A stretch of 64,000 nucleotides of DNA from Nemertoderma westbladi. Lineage: Eukaryota; Animalia; Xenacoelomorpha. Made by a program: the position numbers and the translations under genes. The stretch's first letter is position 1; each line of letters opens with the position of its first letter. The notes below the pieces were generated by a model, which searched no databases, was not told the DNA's origin, and worked only from the letters and a program-made list of their open reading frames with translations. Positions 45,062 through 56,800 of this stretch are shown in pieces. The stretch covers positions 62,001 through 126,000 of the forward strand of contig JAUCBJ010001416.1 of NCBI GenBank assembly GCA_032718475.1, in the 5' to 3' direction.

Positions 45062-46497
45062 GATTGGGGGACGTTAGTGCCCGCGGGCACTAATGTCTCA
45101 GGACTTTAGTGCCCGCAAGTCATTAGTGCCCGGGAACCATGTCTGCAAGTGAGACGTTAGTGCCCGCGAGTCATTAATGCCCGAGGACCTTGTCTACAAA
45201 TGAGACATTAGTGCCTGCGAGTCATTAGTGCCCTAGGACCTTGTCTGCAAGTGAGACGTTAGTGCCCGCGAGTCATTAGTGCCCGAGGACCTTGTCTGCA
45301 AGTGAGACGTTAGTGCCTGCGAGTCATTAGTGCCCTAGGACCTTGTCTGCAAGTGAGACGTTAGTGCCCGCGAGTCATTAGTGCCCGGGAACCATGTCTG
45401 CAAGTGAGACGTTAGTGCCTGCGAGTCATTAGTGCCCTAGGACCTTGTCTGCAAGTGAGACGTTAGTGCCCGCGAGTCATTAGTGCCCTAGGACCTTGTC
45501 TGCAAGTGAGACGTTAGTGCCCGCGAGTCATTAGTGCCCGAGGACCTTGTCTGCAAGTGAGACGTTAGTGCCTGCGAGTCATTAGTGCCCTAGGACCTTG
45601 TCTGCAAGTGAGACGTTAGTGCCTGCGAGTCATTAGTGCCCGTATTGTATTTGGAAGTTAGTATAAGGCAATCCGTAATTCTTCTTACTTATACCCCATT
45701 CAACCAAAGCCATTAACATACACTAATTTAATTAATTCCCTAATTTAATTAACTAAAGTAAAAGTAACTAAAAGTACTACTTTACTTTTAAATCGTCGAC
45801 AAAATGTCAGACAGTCGACTGAGTATTTTTCTTGAAATCATTAATTAATTACTAAAATATATTGGTTAGTGCGTCCTCCGACGATTATACTGCAGTACTG
45901 CACCTTAATTTTTCTTATTACACACTGTCTCCAGTAAAGTTCAACAAATTAAGTATACTCAATCAAAAGTAGGTTACTTATAAACAATCAAACGCTGTTG
46001 CTTAATCCTCATTCCTTGAAAACTTTACCGCAAAACCAAATAATACAGTATATATAAATGCTACCATGTCTAACCGAGGTTAATATATTTTTTAATCATA
46101 GAAGATCCATGTTGAAATTAAAATGTTAAATAACGAGATGTGGGAACTAAAGACTAAAGGCTGGAAAATTATCTTAGAAGTTTGAAGAAAGTAACGACTC
46201 GTTTGCATCAGCAGGAATTAAAGAAGCGGGAAATGTCTTCCTGGCCTCTAGTATTTATTACATATATTAATTAAGTCGCTAGACGGGCACTAATGTCTCG
46301 CGGGCACTAATGTCTCGCGGGCACTAATGTATCGCGGGCATTAATATCTCACGGGCACTAACATCCCATGGGACATTAGTGCCCGCGATAATGCGACGAA
46401 GTGACCGCGGGCACTAAAGGTACTAGAGACATTAGTGCCCGCGGGCACTAATGTCTCGCGGGCACTAATGTCTCGCGGGCACTAACGTCCCAAGACC
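45062..46497. mobile_element. Non-autonomous foldback element, MULE-like, with subterminal tandem arrays
   Basis: 8-bp TSD CAGTTTAT (45054-45061 and 46498-46505). Inverted ends share GGGACGTTAGTGCCCGCG. About 10 x 51-bp repeats at 45100-45642 and inverted 18-bp GGGCACTAATGTCTCGC repeats at 46285-46490. Confidence 0.8.
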
Positions 46498-47676
46498 CAG
46501 TTTATCTGTGACTAGTAAGCCCCCAATCCCCAATCATTAATTAAAAGTCAGTATTAATTGTTTAGACCATGATTTACTACTGCCCCCAAAACAATGTCAA
46601 GTATGGGACATCCGTCACGTTATGGCTTATGGGACATGGCAGTTTTTTCAACCTTTGACGCAGCAGTCTCACTGATACAACCCATGGCAAAACTATCTAA
46701 GAAGTATACATAGATGTGATAATCTAAGTTTGTATCAGTTCACATTTTCTGATAGAAAAACTCCGTTAATGGGACACTTTTTTGAACCATTTTGGGACAT
46801 GCTCACGCAATTGATTCATTTGCACTGATTAACCACCATAAATTGTAAATCTAACCGATACATATGGAAGAATATGAGTGGGAGTGTTAACACATCGGGT
46901 TAATGGCCCACATTTGACAATTTATATGCCATTAAATTAATCATTTGCGGAGTGTCACGTATGTGACAAAAAATGGACCACGTTAATTTTTTTTGTATTT
47001 GATACAGTATCTCCAATTTACTTCGAAACTACTGTATGTTTATTTGTTCACAGGAATTATGCTCAGCAGGGATATTAATCGTTTGGCACCTGAATTGGAA
47101 TTTTAATGGCCAAAATGAGCCCGTAATCACAATTACAAAATTTTGAAATTTGTCACGTAAGTGACGACTTTTTTTAATTCGATGTAGCTTTTTCTATAAC
47201 AAACTGTGGTTCGACTGTAGGCCTATCACAGCAGGAAGGGTCCGATTATAGTGCATTCGGCAATAATGTTATCAAAGCCATCCGACCATTCATTTTCAAA
47301 TGATTTACATTTTTGTATATATTTTGTCCCGTACGTGACTTGGTCAATATGGTTGGCATTAATTATTAATTAATATTATATGAAACATCAAAATAGTGAT
47401 GTATATGGAAGGAGAGTTAGTCAGACCACAATGAAGGGGTAAACTTTATACTATAATAAGGTGTAATCAGAATGAAATGCAGTAGCTTCAAGTTGTGCTT
47501 GAGAGAGTGCAGTGAGGGAGACATGAAAGCGCGAACTTAGTTCAGTAGTTCCAATCGCACATTTTCAAAGGAGAACTTAAGTTCCAATTGACACAAATTT
47601 GGTTCCAATGGAAAGGAATTGAGTTCCAATGTTTCAATCGTGGGGCGCACGGACGGATCCCCCCCCCCCCCCCTCC

Positions 47677-47991
47677 GGTACGCAGCCTTCGCCTGCGAGA
47701 AAACTTCGACCCCGTCCAATCATCGCCCGGAGCAATCTTCGCCCTCAAAATGAGTAACTATCGCCCGGCGGAAACCTTCGCCCGCAGACAAACTTCGCCC
47801 ACTAAACAATATTGTTTTGGTTAGAAAAAGCCGTCTCTGTAACCTGCTCCTTTCCCTCAATTGGTAATAACATCGTTTATTGTTTTGGTTAGAAAAGCCC
47901 GTCTCTGTAACCTGCTCCTTTCCCTCAATTGGTAAGGGTAACTAAAATTGTTACTAATCCAAATCTTATTGGGCGAAGGTTGCACCTAACC
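47677..47991. mobile_element. Possible short MULE-like MITE containing an internal ~57-bp duplication
   Basis: Imperfect inverted ends (GCAGCCTTCGCC / GGGCGAAGGTTGC), repeated TCGCCC motifs, poly-C on both flanks. Confidence 0.35.
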
Positions 47992-48491
47992 CCCCCCCCC
48001 CCCCCCTCCACCCCATTGTGATAGAACGAAATTATCGGCAAATATCGTGATTCTACTGTTTCGTTGGAACGAAAAACTAAATTCGTTCTCGTTTTTATCT
48101 GAGTTATTGGAACTAAGTACGAGGGGAATCGGGAGACTACACTGCAGTTTCTGACAGCAAGTTCCAGGGGTCAATGACCCTGAAATGGTAAGTGGATTGT
48201 CTCGAAAGGAAACGCGTCCGAGGTTTAAGAAGTTTCACAGTGTCCACGTCGGTTGCTGGTATCCAATGAGAAATACTCACGGCAGCCTACATAAACCTTT
48301 ACTAATGGAAACCTATACCAAACCTTTAAGCAACCGATAGACCTGGACTAAATCCGCTCGGTTAGTTTCTCAATATTTGTATTGAGAGTGTCGCTGTTTC
48401 ATGTTTCAATCTTTTTTTGCAGTTGATGTAGACAATCAGCCTTAGTTTTGAAAACTTCAGACCAAGTATTATTAGTAGGATTCTATGGGGC

Positions 48492-49765
48492 TGTACGCGC
48501 TTTTGAAGACCTTTAGCAGTTTAACCTGCCAAAATTTATATTTCTTTTGGTTTACAAATAGACTTTAGAAGTTGACAAATATTTAATACCAATAAACACA
48601 ACATTAGCAGAAGCCAGCCTAGTGCGCGTCCATTCACCCGCTGGATATACCCGGGAGACTGGATTCTGAGGGCTTAGATTATTATTGCAGTGTAAGCTTA
48701 CTGTATTATTCGATTGATCGTTAATAAAGAATTTCTGACTAATATTATTCACTTTCGGGAAATATTAACAGTTCCTTTAGGACGTGGCGCTCTATCTAGG
48801 TAAACAGAGATATGACTTATACTAATCACAACGGCAAGTCGGTAAGGCTTATGATTCACGTATGAGGCGCATTCTTTAGGAAATGCTTAGTTATCAGTCA
48901 CAATCATGCACACTACCGGTAACACACAATACTGCTCACTAATTTGCCGACCGTCAATGAATTTTATCATATATAAAGCGAACAGCAATTGACTCATGTA
49001 GTGCTTATCAAATAGCATTAAATTCACTACAAACAACAACAATATAAGTCGCAATCGCTATATATAACCCGTCTCTCTAACCTGTAGTGTATCAAGAAAA
49101 TTGGGAAATTTGGGTTCTTTATAAATGTTCTCCAAATAATATTCAACCAACTAGATAGAAAAACACAACAGTAAAGCATTAAGACGGTAGGTTAAGATAT
49201 GATATGTTATGAATTGAACTGATATGAACCGATATGTGATATGATATGTTAAGATAACAGTTATACGCTCTATAATTTAAGCCTACTAATGTTTCTTCTA
49301 AAGTATGAAAACGAGTTGACTCTAGAGCCGGTGTTCCTGGCCTAGATAGAAACAACACAACAGTATCAAGAAAAAACAGTCTAGACTGAACACTCCTAGT
49401 ATCATCGGCCGAATATCTCCACATCGACAGAAAAAATCGCTCTGATTGGCTTAAGCTAAACAAAGAACCATGTGTCCAATGGCCGTTTCCATGTCAGCAA
49501 CCAGCTGTTAGATGTCGCAATCTGAATCATCAAGGCTAAGCTGTGTAAGGGTATTTGGTGCATTGCGGGTTTTTTGCCTTACCATGTCCTCCAAAGCACG
49601 TATATAGAAGAATGACTTTTATGTCCGTTAAAACACCTATAACGGTACCTTGCGGGCGAGGGGGACATATATATAGTTAGAGAGCCTTTTAGAGTATTCC
49701 AGCGCCTGGGGGGAAACTGGATTGCGAAGCAAAAGGGCCAGTTATATCCCACAGAAGCTTTTACA
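48492..49765 (-). repeat. BEL 3' LTR (1274 bp)
   Basis: Direct repeat of 60039-61311. Confidence 0.96.
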
Positions 49766-49843
49766 CCGCTCCCAGAAAATGGGATTTGAGTCTATAAAAT
49801 ATACAAAATCACAGTTTCTAATATACGTAAATACTCTAAACAG

Positions 49844-52800
49844 TTAGTCTTTCTTGCGCGGACGGCGTTTACGCAGTTTTTTAAAGCTAGCCAGAGTCCT
49901 TTTCTCTTTGGGGCGAGCCACTTTACAAGGAGGGCTATAACTCCTGGGTGAAGGGTGCAATATGATTGCATCAGAGGGTGTAGGATTATGGTCGGTGTAT
50001 CCGCCAGTCGAAGTACCGGGTTGATTGACATCAACGTCGGGGGAGAGGGGTCTAACGGCTTTGAGAGCTCGTTTTAAGACAGCCGCTCTTACGGGTCCTT
50101 TACGAGTGGTCTGAACGAGGGCCGTGGGTGGACCATAGGCAGTTAGAAACCTCCGGGGTTTAATGGTTCTTTCCAACTCGCGTTCGCGGGCTCGGTATTC
50201 GTAAGGCCGTCGATATACTTCCTGTAACTCGGGGTGTGAGTTAACAAACAAGTCTCCATAGTCCGGATCCTGACGGATATAATTGATTAAGTTATAGGAA
50301 TGAAGGTCGCTAGGATTAACACTCCTGAGAAATTTGCGTACGAATTTGGTTGAAATACATTCTCCGACGCGCTTCAGTAGCTCGTAACTCGATATGCGTG
50401 ATTTCTGTTCGACCGAAGCGAATAGATAAGGATGGAACGCATAAACTCCTTCGTAAGCGCGTCCGGGATAATAGCGATGGCGCGAATCACAATGTAAATC
50501 AGCGTTCGCTTCCCAAGCTCTGATGTAACGTAGTGTGATCATTTCATCTACGCTTTCCAAATCGTGATTAAAAGGGCAATCGAAACTGGCGTGTCCCTTT
50601 AGTTGACAATGGTGACATTGAGTCATAAATTGAGGGCAAACCGCAAAAATATGCAAGTTATTGAGTCTGCAATAGGCGCAATAAATACCAGTATTAGTAA
50701 AAGGTGGTTCATAGAAGCTTACTCGTTCCCTAGGTAATTCTGCCTCTCGCTGTGTTAAAGGCCTACTGAATGCTTTCCTACAGGGTATGCAGTTCCTAAG
50801 AACTTGGTTCAGAGCTCTACGGGGTTTATCAAAATAATAGCGAGTTCGAATTTCGCTAAGAACTCGTTCTCTACCAGCATGATAAAGTTTGCTGTGGACA
50901 TCTACAATCATCTTGATTTGTACTTCAAGATTTCTAATGAGTATGGGGAATTTAGTGTCAAAGGATAAGGGCGCATTGGTGAGTCTTCCTCCAACACGTA
51001 TTAGCCCATCTATCATTGTGCTCGAGAATCGATCCCTTAAGCGCATCTGCGGATTTCTCAACAACAGGAAATACTTTTCGGAATCCTCATAGCATTGCAG
51101 GAGTCTCAGTATCTGCTTATTGGTTTCTTCATGCTCCTGGTGACTAATTTTCTCCTTTAGAAAACGATCCGATGTCTTATATTTGGGTAAATTTTTAATA
51201 ACATGAACTTGTGCAGATGTCAATGGAGCGGTATCACTAGTGGTCTTCGTCCTGGAGTAGTGATGATGAAAACATCGTCTTAAATATGTGACGGCTTTAC
51301 AGAGCCGATTCCAGGAACTGTAGTGATGCATTGCTCTCTGCAGCATGGGTGAGATTCCTTGCGAGACGTCTGGTATTCCAGATTTCCAATCTCTATCTCT
51401 AATTTCCACAACAGACTTATTTGTGTTGAGGGATTGTGGATCCGAAGCATCATTCCCGGAAGTATGTAATACAGATAGATCGATAGTCGGTTTAAATAAC
51501 TTCGATTTACTCGCCCGGGTTTTAGGTTTGACTGTCTCCGCCCCCTTGGCTTGTCTAATCTCCGCCGTAGTAAGGTGAGGAGGCCATTCATCCTCTTCCT
51601 TGCTCAGGAAGTCGGGTCCACCCAACCAGTCTGGAGTATCTATCAGTTCCTGTGGAGTTGCTCCCCGTGAGGCGATATCGGCTGGATTAATCGTACCAGG
51701 GCAATGTCTCCATTGATCTATCTTTGTGCGACTAAGAATAATAGCTACCCTGTTAGTAACAAAAACGCTGAACTGACAGACTTCATTGGTTAGATACTCC
51801 AACACGAGTAAAGCGTCGGTCCAATAAACCGTTTTCTCCAGTGGATAGTCGATTTGTTCCGTTACGTTCCGGCCGATGGCTGTAGCGTATAAAGCCGCCT
51901 TTAACTCCGCTCGAGGAACCTTTAACTTGTTGTTAATCAATGCCTTAGAGGTAACCAAGGCGACTTTGATTCCATCCGGGGTTTCGACTCGCTGATATGC
52001 TACTATACCTATTCCCATGTCGCTGGCGTCTCCAAACACATGGAGTTGATAGGAATACGTAGGAAGAACATGGCCAAAATATGCACGGGAAATTATAAAG
52101 TTCTCGATGGCAGGTAGAGAATCTTCCCATTTCATCCATTTCTTTAACAATTCTCCCTTAAGCGGATCGTCCCATGAGTGGTTTTCAAGCCACATTTGTT
52201 GTACTAAACTCCGAGCAATCAATATAACTGGGCTTATAAATCCCAATGGGTCGAAATAAGTGCTCAGGATACTTAAACAAATCCGTTTGGTCCGAACTGG
52301 ATTATCTCGCTGTTTTAACTGAAAAAACAGGATGTCTCTTTCAGTGTCCCACTTCAAGCCAAGCGTCTTGGTTTCAGGAAGATCGTCCTTTATTAAGTCT
52401 AGGTCTTTCGCTCCTCGGTCTTCTACCGGTATCGCTTCCAGAAACTCACGGGAGTTGCTGGTGAATTTCGTCAGTCGAAATCCACCTCTTTTCAAACACT
52501 CTACCGTTCCTTTCGCGACATCTATGGCTTCTTCTACTGATGGAAGGGACCTTAAATTGTCGTCCATGTATATATTCCGTTTGATGTTGTCTATCACCTC
52601 TTTTGAGAAGGAGCCTCGGTTGTCATTCGCAGTGGTTCGCACCACGGAGCAGGCGTTGGATGGGCTTGATATGATTCCAAAAGCCTGGATGGTCATCCAG
52701 TACTCTACCGGTTTCTGATTGAGGTCTCCTTCAGGCCACCACAGAAATCTCAGGCTGTCTCTATCTCTATCTAGCGCCTTGACTTGTAAGAACATTCCTT

Positions 52801-53857
52801 CTATATCGGAGGCGAACGCGATGGAATATTGTCTTAATCTTAAAAGTATTCCCAACAAAGATTGGAGTAAGTTGGGTCCTGGTAACAACTCGGAATTGAG
52901 GGATTGGCCCATATATAGGGCGGAGCCATCGAATACGACTCGTACTTCGTGGGGTTTACCGGGTTTGGGAACGTAATGATGTGTTAAGTAATACGTTCTC
53001 TCAGTCACTGGTGTTCCTTCCGGTACTCGCTCCGCGTATCCCTTTGTTATAAATTTCTTCAGCTGAGTTTGGTACATTTCTTTAGCTGGAGCATTAGCCG
53101 TAAGGCGTCGATGTAATTGAGCGATTCTTTTCTCTGCCAAGGGTCTGTTATTTATAAATCTAGGTTCTCGTTTTCGAAATGGCAGGCCGATTTCATATCT
53201 ACCTTGGTCCTTTAAAAAACGTGTAGTTGTTTCCTGGATTTGTTTGGCTCTTTCTTCTTCTATCGATAGGGCCTTATCATATGAATTGGGCTCTACCAGT
53301 TCTTGAGTAAAGAATCGTACGGCTAGTTCGTCCCGAGTTCTAGCGTTGTAGCGCTCTATCTCATCGTTTAGTTCGTCATTGTAAGCGATGGGTTCCGATG
53401 GGCGAATCAGTTGACATAGGTTCACCTGATTTTTCCAAGTTTGGTTTTCTGTAAGTAGGTCGATTGTGTTCTCTTCATCGAAGAGTTGGTAGATGTCGTC
53501 ATTATCTGAAGAGTATGGTGTTTCCTCAGTTAGTTCGTCCACCTCACTGCTCTCCACTTCCCAATCGTTTACTTGGGATATTCGTTCTTGTGGCATTCTC
53601 TCTTCGAGAGTCCTGCGGGAAGGGCCAGTAAAGTACCAACCTACTCTAGTTCTTACCGCATAGGTTTGCAGTGGCTGCGGTTGAGCAGGCCGTTTCTCCA
53701 ATGTCTCGAGCGCCTCATGCGCGTTTTGGCCGATGAGTATTTGCACTCCAGGATAATCTGTCTGGAATCGAGGTATCTTAAGATGTTGGATGCTTTCATC
53801 CTCGTCCCAATTATAAAGGTCTGCTTGAGTAGTAGCGAAGTTCTTTATAGCCACCAT
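49844..53857 (-). CDS. BEL Pol (RT, RNase H, integrase zinc finger) fused to an accessory CCHC domain and basic tail, 1337 aa
   Basis: YYLTHHYV, VRVVFDGS, SDIEGMFLQV, IYMDD; HVFGDASD, VPRAELKAA, YWTDA, NPADIASRG; H..LYH...CIPC, LPRERV...PPFTNTGI, then CAYCRLNNLH..CPQF..CHHCQLKGHASFDC. No DDE core. Confidence 0.88.
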   Translation of the reverse strand: MVAIKNFATTQADLYNWDEDESIQHLKIPRFQTDYPGVQILIGQNAHEALETLEKRPAQPQPLQTYAVRTRVGWYFTGPSRRTLEERMPQERISQVNDWEVESSEVDELTEETPYSSDNDDIYQLFDEENTIDLLTENQTWKNQVNLCQLIRPSEPIAYNDELNDEIERYNARTRDELAVRFFTQELVEPNSYDKALSIEEERAKQIQETTTRFLKDQGRYEIGLPFRKREPRFINNRPLAEKRIAQLHRRLTANAPAKEMYQTQLKKFITKGYAERVPEGTPVTERTYYLTHHYVPKPGKPHEVRVVFDGSALYMGQSLNSELLPGPNLLQSLLGILLRLRQYSIAFASDIEGMFLQVKALDRDRDSLRFLWWPEGDLNQKPVEYWMTIQAFGIISSPSNACSVVRTTANDNRGSFSKEVIDNIKRNIYMDDNLRSLPSVEEAIDVAKGTVECLKRGGFRLTKFTSNSREFLEAIPVEDRGAKDLDLIKDDLPETKTLGLKWDTERDILFFQLKQRDNPVRTKRICLSILSTYFDPLGFISPVILIARSLVQQMWLENHSWDDPLKGELLKKWMKWEDSLPAIENFIISRAYFGHVLPTYSYQLHVFGDASDMGIGIVAYQRVETPDGIKVALVTSKALINNKLKVPRAELKAALYATAIGRNVTEQIDYPLEKTVYWTDALLVLEYLTNEVCQFSVFVTNRVAIILSRTKIDQWRHCPGTINPADIASRGATPQELIDTPDWLGGPDFLSKEEDEWPPHLTTAEIRQAKGAETVKPKTRASKSKLFKPTIDLSVLHTSGNDASDPQSLNTNKSVVEIRDRDWKSGIPDVSQGISPMLQRAMHHYSSWNRLCKAVTYLRRCFHHHYSRTKTTSDTAPLTSAQVHVIKNLPKYKTSDRFLKEKISHQEHEETNKQILRLLQCYEDSEKYFLLLRNPQMRLRDRFSSTMIDGLIRVGGRLTNAPLSFDTKFPILIRNLEVQIKMIVDVHSKLYHAGRERVLSEIRTRYYFDKPRRALNQVLRNCIPCRKAFSRPLTQREAELPRERVSFYEPPFTNTGIYCAYCRLNNLHIFAVCPQFMTQCHHCQLKGHASFDCPFNHDLESVDEMITLRYIRAWEANADLHCDSRHRYYPGRAYEGVYAFHPYLFASVEQKSRISSYELLKRVGECISTKFVRKFLRSVNPSDLHSYNLINYIRQDPDYGDLFVNSHPELQEVYRRPYEYRARERELERTIKPRRFLTAYGPPTALVQTTRKGPVRAAVLKRALKAVRPLSPDVDVNQPGTSTGGYTDHNPTPSDAIILHPSPRSYSPPCKVARPKEKRTLASFKKLRKRRPRKKD

Positions 53858-56800
53858 TTTACCGACCTTATACCTTGTGCTCCTAACTTATCCTGGGGGG
53901 TGGACAATACACCTACATAGTAATCTGCCGTTAGGGTAGATTTCCAAACCTGCATAATTCCTGACATATTCAATTTAGTCCGGAATTTGGGTTGTCCAGC
54001 AAAGATATCTTCGGCTAGTTCTTGATCGATGAATGTTCCTGTACTGCCGGAGTCAAGGAGGGCATTCACTATGTAACTGTTGTTAAGACCGTGAACTCTT
54101 ACCTGCACTACAGGAAATTCTCTGATTCCTACATTGGAAGTTGGAGCTTTCCAAGATGGTTGTCTGTCAAAGGTAGTTGGGGGGAACTCATTGTTGGTGT
54201 CCTTTTCATAAGTAAGTGCTCGATACACTGCGGTATTGATTAGATAACAGGATTCGTTGGCGTCGGAGAATTCGTCAGTATAGAATCCTTCCATCTCAGA
54301 TTCTTGATCAGTGTCGTTTACATCACTGAATTGGACATGTAGTTCGGGCTCACTTACCTGACCCGGGTTGTCTCGGTCGAACTCACTGTGTAACAAAATG
54401 TGATGTTTCGCGCTACACTTTGCACACTTTATGTCGGAGTAACAGGTTCGCCGTTGGTGTCCTGGTCTGAGGCAATTATAGCATAACCGCTTATCCCACA
54501 CGACTGCACGTCTGTCTACAAGGGATTTCTTTAGAAATTCAGCACACGCACTCAAACGGTGGGTACCGTCGCACAGCGCACAGTTGGGTTTTATGTTACT
54601 CACTTTACCTTGGGTAACCTGATGCACTCTCGTTCTTTCTTCGGGCTTTCTTCGGTGCATTCTGTTAGGAGACTGAGGAGGGGTCTTGGCAACCTGTTCT
54701 CTCCTATCGTTGTTTCGAGCCTTGTATTTACTTACGTCTTTTGAGGTTTTTTCAACGTAGTAAGATCTATCAGTGTCTTTCCCGCTGTCCTCTTCTTGAG
54801 AAGCTTGGCTTTCGCCGTCGTCAGTGTAACACACCGGTGTTACTCTTCTCCTAGAAGCGGGTTTCTCACTTAACTTATTTTCCGATGTTTTCTCTCTGGA
54901 CTGCTTGATGAGTTGTAGTTTTACTTCACCATCTAAGAAGGACATGAGATCAGCCATGGTAGGGCTTCGTCGTTGTTGTTCATTCATGTACAACACTTTC
55001 TTGTCCCAACGCGTACATACCCCACCCTTTGATAAAGTAGAGACTACTGCTCCAATAACCATGGAACTCTGATATTCATGAGACTTACCTAACCAGTCCA
55101 ATTGTCTACAGATCTCCTGAATCTCATCGGAAAACTCTATAATACCGCTACTAAGGAAGTTTCGGGGGGCTACTAATTTTGCATACAAATACTTAGCTAT
55201 GTTATCCTTGTTACCATACCTGATGTTTAATGTATCCCAAACTTGTCTTAATCCTTCTGGATGTCCAATAAACTTTAACGCCATTAACTTGGGAGGTCCT
55301 TCCAAGCACTTGATGAGGAACCTAAGTTTCTCTCCGTTAGATAGCACAGAGTTCTGTATGCTGTCTTTGTAATATTCGTTGAAAGGTAACCATTTCATCT
55401 CATCTCCATTGAATTTGACGATCTCTCCCACTTTGACCGCTTGGCGGGCTTCTGTTCTAGCCATCTGACGCGTAAAGCTTTCTTGGGCCATCGTGTTATT
55501 TAATATCGAATTATCGGTATATAAATTTCTCGGATCATTGTCAGGTCTATAGGGAATATCATTAACAACAGGTCTATAATCACCCTTAACAGGGTTTGCT
55601 ATAGGAGTTTCTACTTCACTAGCAGTATAGATGCGTGTAGGCTCCACACCTTGCGCATGTAATACTTCAGACCTAACAGGTTGACACAATTTTACAGGGG
55701 GTATTGGTATACCTTTTTGTATGTTGACTAATTTGTCGCGTTCTAGTGCGATACTGTGCTGCACTTCTTGCAATTCTGCCTTACCTCCCCTTACTGTTCC
55801 CTTAAGTTGGTGGACAGTCTCCTGCATCTGTCCGAGCAGGAGATTCATCCCCCGCCGTCCCTCCTCTACCCACTCGACCGCCGAAGCGGGAGTCGCCAAC
55901 ATTGTAGCGGGCTGACGCGGGACGACGGGAGACAAATCTTTGATTTCTCTCTCAGCTTCCAGGACAGGGATATTCTCATGGACTGTTCTACCGGGTACAG
56001 GCAGTGTAGTACTGTGTAAAGGAAATTTAGAGTTAAGCTCTGGAAGTACAGGGGTCTCTAGCACAGGAGTGACTTTGGGAACGACAGGCCTAATTATTTC
56101 AGGCTCATCAACTATAGTAGGGAGTTTTTTGACCTTAATAATTTGGTCTGTAGGTTCTATACTACTTAAGTCGGTGCTAGCTAGTTGTCTTCTAACAGCT
56201 GGGGGCAAATCAGGCAATTTGTGACGGTAAGATGTTTTTCTACGCCTGCTTAGACGAGATCTGTTTCCTCCGCCTTCAGGATCGGTGGTTTCGCTTTCCT
56301 CCAATGACGTATATCCCTGGCGTTTGGGAGTAGATCTTCTGTTCATCTGCAATTGACTAGCAGTTAACTGTTTATTTATGTTGTCTTGCGTCTCTTGCAG
56401 ATTTTCCAACTCCAGTTGGGTAGTCTCCTCAGAGGCTCTCCGTTCTGCTTCTGCCACTGCCTTTGCTGCTTTTCTTTCTGCTTCTGCTTCTGCCGCCGCT
56501 GCCTTTCTTTCTGCTTCTACTTCTGCCATTGCCGCTGTTACTTTTCTTTCTGCTTCTGCTTCTGCCGCCGCTGCCTTTCTTTCTGCTTTTACTTCTGCCA
56601 TTGCCGCTGTTACTGCAGCTGCCTTTCGGTCCTCTATCCGTCTTTTCTTTACTAGTTCTTCTTGGACTCTAGTGAGGCGGAGTTTTTCATCAAACTCAGC
56701 TTGGTTAGCAGCTAACATTTCAGCATCGATTGAGTCTAACACACGCTGGGTTCCTTCACTATTAGGGGAAAGTCCAGACAGCCGTCTCCTCAACTCTTCG

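Noticed and set aside
45100-45642. 51-bp array as CRISPR or RNA-gene cluster
   Set aside because: No unique spacers. It lies inside a TSD-flanked foldback element.
48552-48752. Identical 66-aa ORF also at 60099-60299
   Set aside because: It is duplicated only because it lies within the LTRs. No motif support.
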